This document shows, piece by piece, positions 28,563 to 38,462 of a stretch of DNA of 61,480 nucleotides (the first letter of the stretch is position 1; each line of letters starts with the position of its first letter). The DNA is from a virus. Lineage: Duplodnaviria > Caudoviricetes. Location of the stretch: positions 1 to 61,480 of IMG/VR virus record IMGVR_UViG_3300032290_001212; one strand, given 5' to 3'. Below the pieces are notes generated by a model, which was not told the origin of the DNA, did not search any database, and saw only the letters and a program-made list of their open reading frames with translations. The translations under genes and the position numbers were made by a program.

Positions 28563-30527
28563 TCAGTCCTTTACCTGTGTTGAAAGTGCCAACAACCCTA
28601 GCGTGAACGCACGGTGTTCAGGGTCAAGGTTCTTTGAACCAAAGAACACGCCCTCAATGCCCATCGTGAAAATCTCAAAAGAACTGTCTCGACTTTGGTT
28701 GTAAACCTTTCCAGCATAAGGCTCACCCCACTTATCTTTCGCCGCCATCTCGTTAGCACGATAACCACGATTACCAGTAATTTTGCTCAACTTTTGAAGT
28801 GGCTCTCCAGCCCGGCGACTTGTCCAATACGCATACTGCATCTGTTTCAGCCATTGATTACCGTTCTCAGCTGCATGACCCATTTCATGCAAAGCGACAC
28901 TACGCCAACTTTGTGATGGCTCGTCACCTAGTTTTACGGCTTCAAGTTTAAGTTTTGTGGTCACCTCAACACCAAGATTTGTCCGAATCTTCTGGGCGTG
29001 AGCGCGACCGTTCTTGATATCCAACTCAATGTTCGTGGCCATTTTCGTTCCAGCAACCTTTGCAAAAGGCGACTCCGAACCCTCCCAAAGTTTTCCGGGA
29101 AGCAACTGAACAGCCTCATCAATCAACCCCTGAAACTTCCTGCCTCTCGGTGTTTCATCAGCCTTCCTAGAAGTGGTCACCTTGCCATAACCGCCAACAC
29201 GCTGAGTTTTACCCTGCAAAGCAACAGGAACTTGCCCGGCTTTACCGAACTCGACACCAACATCAGCCAAAGCTTTCTTCACGATGGCTTGACGTTGAGC
29301 AGTTGTTATCACCAAAGGTTTTAGTTCAGCCCTAGCAGCATCCAACGCATTCCTATCCTTCTCAGCCTGCTTAGGGTCAAGCAATTTAGGGGCCTCAGAC
29401 CGCAGAGTTTCACCTAATTTCCCATCAATTCTTTGTCGCATCAAAGCCAAAAATGCCTGATTCTTTTGCTCTCTCGTATAAGGAGGATTATCTGTTAAGT
29501 CTTGGGGTGCATGAAGCGCACTATCTCCAAAAGCCCTCATGTTCTCCTCGTATTTCACCCCTGTGCCGTAAGCAGCAACTGAGGTTTTCCGAGAAACTAA
29601 ATCAAGTAATGCCTCGTCTGACATGTTTGATAGTTCAGCAACATCAATTTCCCCCTTACGAACTCGCTCCCCTAAGTTTCTCTGACCTTGTAAAACCGCG
29701 TATTGAACGGTATCAACGGCAGCCATAGCTCGTAGTTCGGACCCCGTATATTCCGCATTTGGTCGCCCCATCACAGCCATCGCCTCATCCGATGTAGGTG
29801 CTTCTACAACATCGTAAAGAGCTCTGTTATACACATCCGCTTTTTCTTGTGCTTGCCTTCGTTTTTCATCAAGATCGTTAATTCTGTTTTTAATTTCGGC
29901 AATTTTTGGATCTAACTCGTTCTGAAGTTTTGCTAACTCTGCAGCAACCACTTGATCAATCAACTTCCCAGCAGCCTCAACCTGATCAGCCAAACGCATC
30001 TCTCTGTCTGTTGGTGGATATTGAGTATTAACAACCGACTCAACTACACCTGTGTTTTCGCCCGGAATACCTGTTCCAGCATCACGTAAGGCAGATATCG
30101 CATCACCCTTAAACGCTGACTCCAAAATCTTTTTAGCCTCAACAAGCCTTGGATCAACAGGTGGTGTGCCATCATCCTCAGGCTTCTTGTCCTTCTTCTG
30201 GTGGTTCTTCCAGCGTTGTTGGGCCGCGTACCTGCCTGCGGCACTACGGTCACCAGCAAACGAAGCCTTAATCAAATCAACAAGCGACATTTTCTTAAAC
30301 GCATCACCAAACAACAGATCATAAATTGGCTGTGGGGTGGCTTGCGCCCAAGGATATGTCCTCAACTTGGCAAGGCGTTCCGATCGAGCAGGCTCAACCA
30401 AAGGAACATCAAACTGGCGTTCAAAGTCCTCAACCGTGACAACTCCGGGGAAATCAAACGCATTGGCTTTAACCCAATCCGAATTATCCATGTTGTCATC
30501 AACCATCAAAACATTTTTAGGTATCAC
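28563..30527 (-). CDS. Tagged protein with C-terminal zincin metallopeptidase (MPTase-like)
   Basis: Tag IKASFAGDRSAAGRYAAQQRW; ALHEMGHAAE...YAGKVY...FEIFTMGIE. Confidence 0.75.
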   Translation of the reverse strand: MIPKNVLMVDDNMDNSDWVKANAFDFPGVVTVEDFERQFDVPLVEPARSERLAKLRTYPWAQATPQPIYDLLFGDAFKKMSLVDLIKASFAGDRSAAGRYAAQQRWKNHQKKDKKPEDDGTPPVDPRLVEAKKILESAFKGDAISALRDAGTGIPGENTGVVESVVNTQYPPTDREMRLADQVEAAGKLIDQVVAAELAKLQNELDPKIAEIKNRINDLDEKRRQAQEKADVYNRALYDVVEAPTSDEAMAVMGRPNAEYTGSELRAMAAVDTVQYAVLQGQRNLGERVRKGEIDVAELSNMSDEALLDLVSRKTSVAAYGTGVKYEENMRAFGDSALHAPQDLTDNPPYTREQKNQAFLALMRQRIDGKLGETLRSEAPKLLDPKQAEKDRNALDAARAELKPLVITTAQRQAIVKKALADVGVEFGKAGQVPVALQGKTQRVGGYGKVTTSRKADETPRGRKFQGLIDEAVQLLPGKLWEGSESPFAKVAGTKMATNIELDIKNGRAHAQKIRTNLGVEVTTKLKLEAVKLGDEPSQSWRSVALHEMGHAAENGNQWLKQMQYAYWTSRRAGEPLQKLSKITGNRGYRANEMAAKDKWGEPYAGKVYNQSRDSSFEIFTMGIEGVFFGSKNLDPEHRAFTLGLLALSTQVKD

Positions 30528-33500
30528 GGTGCTTCTCCAGTTTCATCCTCGTAAGCCCACTCTGTAACTTGGCTTTCGTAATCTCTTCTTTCATCACTAT
30601 TGAGGAATCCAGACTTGTATCCAGCGCGGAATGAGCCTTGAACGGGGCGACCAATAACAACCACCTCGGCTTCCTCCCAGCATCCAACACCTGTATATGG
30701 GATTGACAGAATATCTTTAGTTTTGATACGTGCCTTCACAATTGTGCCAAACGGCTGACCGTGAGAAGATTTAGCAAAAAAAGCTGCATCATCAAGTCTT
30801 GTAGCCCACGAAGAAAGTGGTCGCATCAGAATCTCTGCCTTTTCAGGTGGCTGTAAAGGAGAAATAAACTCTCGGTTAGTTCCCCTATCCGGGTCGCTTG
30901 GTTTCCGCTTCATTCCTCGGAAAAGCGTAATTTCTTTGATCCCTTTAGCATCAAAATACTGTTGTGTAGCAGCATATTGGGCAAGCAAAAAAGACGATAA
31001 CACCTTTGTTCGTGCATCTGAAATTGTTGAAGAAGGCTTATATGTATCTTTATTGGAATACTCTGCCGAACCACCATCCCAATCTCCAGCATCCGTTGTT
31101 CCACTATTCCAACTCAAAGCATCAACCTTGAAAACCTTTTGAGCGGCATCTTGAATCGCTAGAGACAATTCGTGAGCATCGTTCGCTGTGGTGGCCCAAG
31201 CATCAACTAAAGGCTTCACGGCCGCTTGTTTTAGTGCTATTTGACCTTCCGGGGTGTCAGCATCAAAAATCTGACCTTCAGCAGCCATCTGATCCCAATG
31301 CTTTGAGGCAAAATCAATGCGCGATCTCATAATGGTTGAACCATCTATCGCTGGATCTAATTTAGGGTTATTTGATTCCCTTGCAACATAATCCTCTTTA
31401 GACGCATCAATCACAGTTCCATCTTTTGCCAAAATAAACCTTTTAACTGTTCCATCCAAGATTTCCTTAATATGACGCGAAGCAGTTGGCTTTATTACGC
31501 TGTGATTGTTGTCGTCACCACCGAAACCATCAATAACATCCATAATTTCTGTTGTTGAAACATCGGTCATATTCGTTGCAAGATTCTTACAAACCAAAGC
31601 CTTCCATTTTCCCGGCTCTGTGGACTGGTGATACCCAGAACTACCATCAGGGTGTTCAGCAAGCATCTCTTCAAGCAAAGCCTTAGGGTGAATCGAGCCA
31701 TCCGCGCCCAACTTGTAAACACCTTTGCCCACGAACCCGGCAACCTTACGTTGACCCTGCCATCGCATGTTCGCTGCATAGCGACCAGCAGCTGACCTGT
31801 CACCGCCGAAAGAAGCCTTGATCATGCCAACCAACAACTGTTGCCTGAACGCATCCACATCAAACGGCTGACCCCGGAAAGCAAACAAGAAAACAGGGTG
31901 ATCAGGCGGCCAATTCAAAAGGTTGTCCACAATACGATCCTGCTTCAAAACTTCAAGAGCAGCACCAACAGCAACAAAACCACCACGATTAGCAAGATCT
32001 GATTTCAACTGGTTTGGGACCATCGCATTAACTCTTGTCATCGTGAACCACGCGGTGAAGTTTTCGGCAAACCGCTCAACAATGTTCGTGTTTGAGTATT
32101 CAGTTCCTCTTGGCGAAAAACCGCTTTCAAGAAATGTGCTAAACCTTTTCTCGTCATCCGTAGCAGATGAAGGATCTTTTTGTGCTTTTTCTTGAATACT
32201 TTGTGACCTGTACTGTTGAAACCCTTTATCAGTAACACCCAACGAGTAGTCAATCCAATGACCCATTTCGTGAACCGTAAAACCGTAAGCAATACGTGCG
32301 GCAACCGAATCATTACGACCAAGGGAACTACTTTGAATCGCATCGGCAGCCACCTGTACGACTGTTGAGGGAATGTAGGGTCTGCCATCCTTATATGACT
32401 TATCAATCATTTGTGCCACCCTCATAAACAAAGCCACATCATTACGTTGGCTATCAAAATAGCCTCCAGTTCCATCACCAGAGTTTTGGTAGTAGTCGCC
32501 AATAGTCACTTCAGGCAATAAACCGTTCTTGGCATCAGGTATTAACTTCGTAGTATCAACTTGATCAAGAACATCATCCAAAGCCTGCAACATAGCGAAA
32601 TACTCAGGTGACTCTGTATCTAATCTTGGTGACCCATCGCTATTTTGAGCAAAAACATTCAGCTGTACGCCTCGACCAGCAAAATAGGCTGTCTGCATCG
32701 TCACATTTTCACCAAACCGTACCTTTGCTTCAGCCGGGGTCAAAATCTTTGGAAAACCTAGACTGTCAAAACCGCTTTTTAGTATTGGGCCTTCCTGAAA
32801 CTTCTCAGCCATTCTGCGTTCCCTAACAGCAGGCTTAGTCTCACCCTTCTTGTGATTCTTCCAGCGTTGCTGGGCCGCATAACGACCAGCAGCTGAACGA
32901 TCACCGCCAAACGAAGCCTTTTCTAACGCATCCCTCTCCAACCGCTCCAACCAAGATTTCCACTCAATACCAGCCCATGAATTATCGCCAGTCTGATAAA
33001 CCTCTTTGCCAGTTACAGCCGACATGAAACCAGCCCCGGAAACTGTGTAATCATCGGCTTTCATATCAACACCGCCATTACGCTTTTTAGCCTCGCTATA
33101 TAAAAACGATCCAATGCCCTTCCTTCGATAATCTTTAGCGACATAGATTTTTGCTATAAAATTGGCATCAAACTTCAAGGCACCGACAACCTTGCCTGTT
33201 GCATTATCGGTCGCCCAAACAGTTCCACTATCTTTGCCATCTGATTCAAAGTCAACTGTTACTTGATCAAGAAGGCCATCCTTCGCATTACCCTTCCATC
33301 TTTGTTCTGCTGCGTAACGACCAGCAGCTGAACGATCACCGCCAAACGAAGCCTTTTCAATATCGGTATCTTCCGCAAAAGCAGCCCCAGCAGAAGTCAA
33401 AACCGTTGAATGATAAATCGTTTCAGAACCAATGTTGTAGCGTTTTCCCAATCGCATCAGAGCCGTAGCCACACCCTTGCGACGTTCATTGGCGACCACA

Positions 33501-33994
33501 TCAACCTGACCGATAGCGATTTTGCCTTTCTGCCCATACTTTCCGTCATGGTCTGTTTCAGCCCACAAATACCCAATTTGCTTTTTACCGCGTTTAGCCT
33601 CAACTTCAATGAACTGGCTACCCTTGACACCCTTAGCGGTAACATCAACCCACATCTCTTTACCTTCATCATCCAAAACGGTAAATGTTGCTCGTCGAGT
33701 AAAAGTGCCATCTTTGTATGGCCCAAAAGTTTCGTTTCCCCGGATTTCAACGATTTTCAAATCACCGGGGGCAGTCGCATCCGCTTTCTCTTTCGGTGTA
33801 TGGTTTTTCCAGCGTTGATTAGCCGCGTACCGTGCAGCTTCCGTACGTGAAGCGAACTGTGCTTTCTCAAGTGAATACAGCACCTTCAACTGTGCGGTCG
33901 CCTTCTTACGATCCTTATGACGGCCAACAACCTTCTGGTCACGGTCACGAACAACCAACACCTGATCGCCCTCGGTCTTCAAATGCCAAGGCAT
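30524..33994 (-). CDS. Four-module polyvalent protein: tag-GNAT, tag-GNAT, tag-metallopeptidase, tag-ADP-ribosyltransferase
   Basis: V..RRKGVATAL and V..YRRKGIGS acetyl-CoA motifs; HEMGH...EYS.TN..ERFAE.F; LFRG...PLSSW...EEAEVVV (R-S-E). Confidence 0.8.
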   Translation of the reverse strand: MPWHLKTEGDQVLVVRDRDQKVVGRHKDRKKATAQLKVLYSLEKAQFASRTEAARYAANQRWKNHTPKEKADATAPGDLKIVEIRGNETFGPYKDGTFTRRATFTVLDDEGKEMWVDVTAKGVKGSQFIEVEAKRGKKQIGYLWAETDHDGKYGQKGKIAIGQVDVVANERRKGVATALMRLGKRYNIGSETIYHSTVLTSAGAAFAEDTDIEKASFGGDRSAAGRYAAEQRWKGNAKDGLLDQVTVDFESDGKDSGTVWATDNATGKVVGALKFDANFIAKIYVAKDYRRKGIGSFLYSEAKKRNGGVDMKADDYTVSGAGFMSAVTGKEVYQTGDNSWAGIEWKSWLERLERDALEKASFGGDRSAAGRYAAQQRWKNHKKGETKPAVRERRMAEKFQEGPILKSGFDSLGFPKILTPAEAKVRFGENVTMQTAYFAGRGVQLNVFAQNSDGSPRLDTESPEYFAMLQALDDVLDQVDTTKLIPDAKNGLLPEVTIGDYYQNSGDGTGGYFDSQRNDVALFMRVAQMIDKSYKDGRPYIPSTVVQVAADAIQSSSLGRNDSVAARIAYGFTVHEMGHWIDYSLGVTDKGFQQYRSQSIQEKAQKDPSSATDDEKRFSTFLESGFSPRGTEYSNTNIVERFAENFTAWFTMTRVNAMVPNQLKSDLANRGGFVAVGAALEVLKQDRIVDNLLNWPPDHPVFLFAFRGQPFDVDAFRQQLLVGMIKASFGGDRSAAGRYAANMRWQGQRKVAGFVGKGVYKLGADGSIHPKALLEEMLAEHPDGSSGYHQSTEPGKWKALVCKNLATNMTDVSTTEIMDVIDGFGGDDNNHSVIKPTASRHIKEILDGTVKRFILAKDGTVIDASKEDYVARESNNPKLDPAIDGSTIMRSRIDFASKHWDQMAAEGQIFDADTPEGQIALKQAAVKPLVDAWATTANDAHELSLAIQDAAQKVFKVDALSWNSGTTDAGDWDGGSAEYSNKDTYKPSSTISDARTKVLSSFLLAQYAATQQYFDAKGIKEITLFRGMKRKPSDPDRGTNREFISPLQPPEKAEILMRPLSSWATRLDDAAFFAKSSHGQPFGTIVKARIKTKDILSIPYTGVGCWEEAEVVVIGRPVQGSFRAGYKSGFLNSDERRDYESQVTEWAYEDETGEAP

Positions 33995-35004
33995 CAGTCC
34001 ACCTCATCCTCAGCGGTCAACGCATCAACCTGATCACCAACACCAACCAAAGCAATCAGATTCAATGTACAACGGCAAGAAGGGTGCGCCGGGGGGCAAA
34101 TCTCACCATTCGTGAACACGCTCGTCACAGGCACACGCGAACCAGCCAAATCCAAACACACAGGACACACATTGACACCACGCCAACCATCAGGCCCAAT
34201 AACCCACTCTTTCTCCGCTGTAGCCAAATCCAAATAACCCTGATCAGCAGCCTGATACCACGACAACACCTGACCGATGTTCTGTGCAGCCAAAATCTCT
34301 GTACGAGCGATATTCAACGCCCTAGCACGAACCAACTGATCCCGGTACTGCAAAGCCAACTCCTGTGCTTGGATCATCGCATTCTCCAAACCAGTAGTGC
34401 GCGACAGTCGAGCCACCTCTTTGTTGTAATAGTTATTCACCGCTGTCTGCCAACGATCATGTAAGCCGATCACACGCGAGATATCTCTTGCAGCTCGCTG
34501 AATACCACCACCACCTGACAAAACCCTTGAAATAGCCCCACGAACAGCCTGAAGGGTGTCTGCCTCAATCTGCTTGATCATCGCTCCAGCGCGTTGCTCT
34601 GCCCACCTGATAGCGCGGGGATCCTTGTTATCAAATCGCATAACCCCAGCCACCCCGGAAGGAAGTCGAGTGATAGCGGCCTTAATCTCAGCCATCACCT
34701 GCTCCTCGGTAGCAAGACTTACCTCACCAAGCGACCGACGTAAATCCTCAATTGCTTGAGCAGCAAAGGTTTCCTGAAACAAACGAAGATCGTTACCGCG
34801 CCCCTGACGAACCAAAGCATCACGAACACGATCAACAGTCGCGCCCATCCCGCTCATCGCATTCTGGTAAAGCTGCTGCAAAGCCTCAATATCGGCCAAC
34901 ATCGCCGGGTCTATCGTGTCATCAAAAGCCTTAAATACGGCTTCCACGCCATCATCGCATAACTCATGGTCATGTCGAGCTATCCGCTTCTGTACGAACG
35001 GCAC
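33994..35004 (-). CDS. MuF / SPP1 gp7-like head morphogenesis protein
   Basis: RA..IARTE, KEW, CPVC, PPAHPSCRC; directly after portal. Confidence 0.88.
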   Translation of the reverse strand: MPFVQKRIARHDHELCDDGVEAVFKAFDDTIDPAMLADIEALQQLYQNAMSGMGATVDRVRDALVRQGRGNDLRLFQETFAAQAIEDLRRSLGEVSLATEEQVMAEIKAAITRLPSGVAGVMRFDNKDPRAIRWAEQRAGAMIKQIEADTLQAVRGAISRVLSGGGGIQRAARDISRVIGLHDRWQTAVNNYYNKEVARLSRTTGLENAMIQAQELALQYRDQLVRARALNIARTEILAAQNIGQVLSWYQAADQGYLDLATAEKEWVIGPDGWRGVNVCPVCLDLAGSRVPVTSVFTNGEICPPAHPSCRCTLNLIALVGVGDQVDALTAEDEVD

Positions 35005-35006
35005 GA

Positions 35007-36476
35007 CTATTCCTTAGCGTCAGCGGTTGTTGCTCCTGTGGCTTCGGCTTGGCCGCCTTGCCCAACCTGATCAAACACATTCACTTCAGGTGCTGGGGCT
35101 GGGGCTTGTCCGGGTGCTGGAGGCATACCCATACCTTGATCTGGTGGCATACCCATTCCCGGTTGAGGAACACCCTCTTCTTCGCTTCGCTTCGGCAAGT
35201 TAGCCAAACCGCGCAAGAAGTTGTCCAACTCAATGTCAGGTTGCATAGCACCTGCGGCAGCCATCTTGGAGATGAAGTCGCCAAGAACACCAAGGTCAAC
35301 ATGGGTGATTTCGCCCGGCTTGATCTTTGGCATACGAGTCGTGTCCATGCCGTTCAGTTTCATCAAACGAGGAATCGCATGTTGGTTGAAAGTGTCAGCA
35401 ATAGAGTTGGCGATCTGCTGGATAGCCGACGTGAACAAGTCAATCTTGGAAGCACCCAAAGCAAAAGAGCCAACTTTTTCATGGCCCAAAAGGATGAAGT
35501 CAGCCAAAATAATCATCGAAATACGTTGGTCATAGCGAGCAATGATCGCATCAGTATTAAAGTTGCGTGTTCCACCAGAACTCAACAAAGTCAACTTGTA
35601 CTGTTCACGCCCTTGCTCGTCATAGGCAAGAGGGAACAAAATGCCCTCGTTCTCGTTGCGCTTAATGCCCCGGATCAGATCCTGCATAGCGTTACGAGCT
35701 GAAACCTCAGCTGCGGTGGCGTTAGAAGACAACATTGACGGTGGCACATAAGCAACAGGCAAACCAGCCAAGTCACGCTCAATACCTACAGCCTCAATTT
35801 CCTCAATAGTCTTCTTGAAGAACCAAGGGCGATACGCATTACGGAGAATCGAGCGACCTTCCGGGTTGTTGCGCGGAGTAGCGGTGCGGAACAGCAAAGC
35901 CTTCTCAATAGGGATAGAAACTACGCCCTTTGGAACTGAAGGATCTGACTGTCGCATCGCCCGGATAGAGCCGTTCTCATCAAACTCCCAATCCCACAAT
36001 GTTTCCTGTGAGCGGAGAGCGATCTTGCGCCAACCAACCTTGCTATCGCTGTGTTTGGACTTGCGGCGACTGTCCTTCTGATCTGGACCCTGACGCTTCT
36101 TATAGACAATCTCACAATAAGCAAAACCGAACGGCAAAAACGACAGAATCTGCGACAACATGGCAGGCCACGACTCGCTCATATCATCCATGCACTCTTT
36201 GATGAAGTCAGCCTGAACCTGATCCTTGCGTTTCACCGAATCAGTCTTCTTTTCCGTGTAAGGCTCAACATCCCACTCAATAGCCAAAATCAAACGCTCG
36301 ATCGCATAGAGCATCGCCCCAACAACAGGGTCATTGTCCGACATTTCGCGCCATACGCGCATACCTTGAACACCACGTAAGTTCGTGATGAAGTCGTCAA
36401 TAACGAACCCTGAGGTGCGTTGAAGCCCGGAAGAACCAATTTCCTGAAAATCGGGTTGAGCTGCCATTTTCGCCAT
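35007..36476 (-). CDS. Portal protein (DUF935/Mu gp29-like)
   Basis: EM..NDP, FGF...EIVYK, NPEGRSILR.AY, GIERDLAGLP, GSFAL. Confidence 0.9.
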   Translation of the reverse strand: MAKMAAQPDFQEIGSSGLQRTSGFVIDDFITNLRGVQGMRVWREMSDNDPVVGAMLYAIERLILAIEWDVEPYTEKKTDSVKRKDQVQADFIKECMDDMSESWPAMLSQILSFLPFGFAYCEIVYKKRQGPDQKDSRRKSKHSDSKVGWRKIALRSQETLWDWEFDENGSIRAMRQSDPSVPKGVVSIPIEKALLFRTATPRNNPEGRSILRNAYRPWFFKKTIEEIEAVGIERDLAGLPVAYVPPSMLSSNATAAEVSARNAMQDLIRGIKRNENEGILFPLAYDEQGREQYKLTLLSSGGTRNFNTDAIIARYDQRISMIILADFILLGHEKVGSFALGASKIDLFTSAIQQIANSIADTFNQHAIPRLMKLNGMDTTRMPKIKPGEITHVDLGVLGDFISKMAAAGAMQPDIELDNFLRGLANLPKRSEEEGVPQPGMGMPPDQGMGMPPAPGQAPAPAPEVNVFDQVGQGGQAEATGATTADAKE

Positions 36477-36515
36477 TCTAAAGTAAAGGGCTATTTAGAA
36501 GCCCTGTATAGGGTT

Positions 36516-36677
36516 TTAGTCTTCGTTCTCTGAAAGAGTCATGTCTTCAATGAGGAAGGCAACAAGCCTCAAAGCTTGCAACTCCGTGAACCCAGACTCC
36601 ACCATTGTCGTAAACATCTCATTCAAAGCGATTGACGCTTCTTTCAACGGCGAATCAGGTTGCTCAGAAAACGACAT
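36516..36677 (-). CDS. Small conserved actinophage protein (53 aa, not in ORF track)
   Basis: MSFSEQPDSPLKEASIALNEMFTTMVESGFTELQALRLVAFLIEDM; TATGGT-6nt-ATG. Confidence 0.65.
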   Translation of the reverse strand: MSFSEQPDSPLKEASIALNEMFTTMVESGFTELQALRLVAFLIEDMTLSENED

Positions 36678-36730
36678 ACCCCCACCATATAGGCAGGGGT
36701 ATGCGCTCTCGGACAGAAACAGGGGGTTAG

Positions 36731-36922
36731 TTATCTGTCCAAATTAACCTTACAAATCAAACAGCCTTTGCTTTCGTTAACGCATGAAGGACAGTAAGCC
36801 TCGTTAGAAAACTTCCAACCTTCGTTTGATTTCTCATATTTCAGATCACTTGAATAAGCGAACTTATCCTGATCAACGCGGCCACAACCATCGCATACGA
36901 CAGAGAACTCTCGGATAATCAT
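36731..36922 (-). CDS. Small zinc-binding protein
   Basis: CDGC...GW......CPSC. Confidence 0.6.
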   Translation of the reverse strand: MIIREFSVVCDGCGRVDQDKFAYSSDLKYEKSNEGWKFSNEAYCPSCVNESKGCLICKVNLDR

Positions 36923-37028
36923 TCGTCATCATCCTCAGGTTTATCGCCACATACCGGGTTGTTTATACGCCCTGCTAACTGTGGGGTCAGACAACCACAC
37001 TTGCGATAGTCCTCCCCCACAGCAATCA

Positions 37029-37313
37029 TCAGTTTTGCCCTTTCACGACAACAGACCAAAAATCTTTGGCATCCCAATCCAGCTGCGGATTATGGAAATC
37101 CCAACGTTCTCGAATTATGTCTGTCCTTCTCAAAGGCATGATTCCAACGCTGTCATGGGCTGTAAAACCCTGACCATTGATCCATGCGCGAGCATAGGTT
37201 TCGCTTTCAAACGGCCCATAGAACCGATCTTTACCGTTCGGCCCAATAAGCACCGCTAAACACCAACCGAACTCGGCGTTTTCGCCCATATCAGGAACTG
37301 GCTCGTTAGACAT
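37029..37313 (-). CDS. Hypothetical protein
   Basis: YGPF.S...A..W motif; likely start MSNEP at 37313. Confidence 0.55.
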   Translation of the reverse strand: MSNEPVPDMGENAEFGWCLAVLIGPNGKDRFYGPFESETYARAWINGQGFTAHDSVGIMPLRRTDIIRERWDFHNPQLDWDAKDFWSVVVKGQN

Positions 37314-37476
37314 TGGACACCAACTGTACTTCTGCACGGCGAATATCTAAAACATCCAAATATGCGCCTTGCTCAAGTAGGTAGCCAACGAACTTCGCCG
37401 CCTCTGCCTCGGTTTTTGGGTATTCGCAGTCGCTTCTTTTGGCAACTGTAACCATGAATGTGTATGCCTCAGCCAT
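37306..37476 (-). CDS. Hypothetical protein (56 aa, not in ORF track)
   Basis: AAGGAG RBS; MAEAYTFMVTVAKRSDCEYPKTEAEAAKFVGYLLEQG...; overlaps the next start. Confidence 0.55.
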   Translation of the reverse strand: MAEAYTFMVTVAKRSDCEYPKTEAEAAKFVGYLLEQGAYLDVLDIRRAEVQLVSNV

Positions 37477-37572
37477 TATCTTTCTCCTTATCCCGGTGTT
37501 GCATTGTTACATGAAAGAACCACCACCAACGGAGGTTTTTCTTCCATTTAGCGAGTGGATTGAACTTACGCA

Positions 37573-37800
37573 TCAGCCAAGCAACTTTGCAGGCTTCAAA
37601 CGGAAAGCATCACCCAAACGAACAAGTGTGTCAATTGATGGACTGAAATGACCGCATTCAATGCGGTTCACGGTTTTACGGTCGATGCCTGCAATGTCGG
37701 CTAACGCCTGCTGACTCAACCCTTGCTTGGCACGTAACTGAAAGATCTTTTCAGCCAACGCATCTCGCTGCTCTTGGATTTGCTTATCTAACTTTGCCAT
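37573..37800 (-). CDS. XRE/Cro-family HTH transcriptional regulator
   Basis: LR...GLSQQALADIAGIDRKTVNRIECG...PSIDTL. Confidence 0.92.
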   Translation of the reverse strand: MAKLDKQIQEQRDALAEKIFQLRAKQGLSQQALADIAGIDRKTVNRIECGHFSPSIDTLVRLGDAFRLKPAKLLG

Positions 37801-37926
37801 GATTTCTCCTTGGTTTCATTGTTGTTTGTTTCTTTCCCATATGCCAACAAGACGGTGAACTCTGTTTGTTCACCGTCAGGTTGACGCACATGGGCAGATT
37901 TTTCGTCTGCCATATGTCTCCTTTGA

Positions 37927-38373
37927 CTAGATGGCTTGTGCGTTGATGAACTTGATCATCGCATCAGCGAAGATGAAGGTTTTTTTGCTTTCCTGCTCAA
38001 CTGCGAGGATCTTGTTTTTCCCACGCGAACGAACGCCTGCGAAAGCGTAGGTTTTGCCACCGCTCACGAACTTCGTGCCGATTGGGGCTGTGAGTTGAAC
38101 CATGTCCTGAAGGGAAACTCCGAGGTAAGCCGTGTAACCGAAACGGTTGTAGTAGATCACATCAGGGCTTGCCAAGTTGATTCCATCCTCGGAGATCATT
38201 AGGGCTTCAGCAACGATTTTGAACTCGTAGTTGTCGCCATACTTTGAGGCTCGCTTGGTGACCTTCAGGTTGTGCTTGGCAAAAATGTCCGCAATCGCCG
38301 CGTCAATTTCGCGAGATACCTCGGTGCATTTTTCTTTGCTGACCATGTTTTCGGTCATTGTTGATGTTGCCAT
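37927..38373 (-). CDS. Hypothetical early protein
   Basis: First gene after promoter P1; G.KF...GKTY.F.G. Confidence 0.6.
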   Translation of the reverse strand: MATSTMTENMVSKEKCTEVSREIDAAIADIFAKHNLKVTKRASKYGDNYEFKIVAEALMISEDGINLASPDVIYYNRFGYTAYLGVSLQDMVQLTAPIGTKFVSGGKTYAFAGVRSRGKNKILAVEQESKKTFIFADAMIKFINAQAI

Positions 38374-38414
38374 TTTTTGCTCCTGTTCTGTCAAGCTCCC
38401 TGCCTGACAAGATC

Positions 38415-38444
38415 AGTATAAGGGGCAGAGTAGCCCCTTGTCAA
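38415..38444 (-). promoter_or_regulatory. Sigma70/SigA-type promoter P1 with palindromic spacer
   Basis: TTGACA-18-TATACT; AAGGGGC-N6-GCCCCTT inverted repeat across the spacer. Confidence 0.85.
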
Positions 38445-38462
38445 GTACCTGAAATGGCTAAA

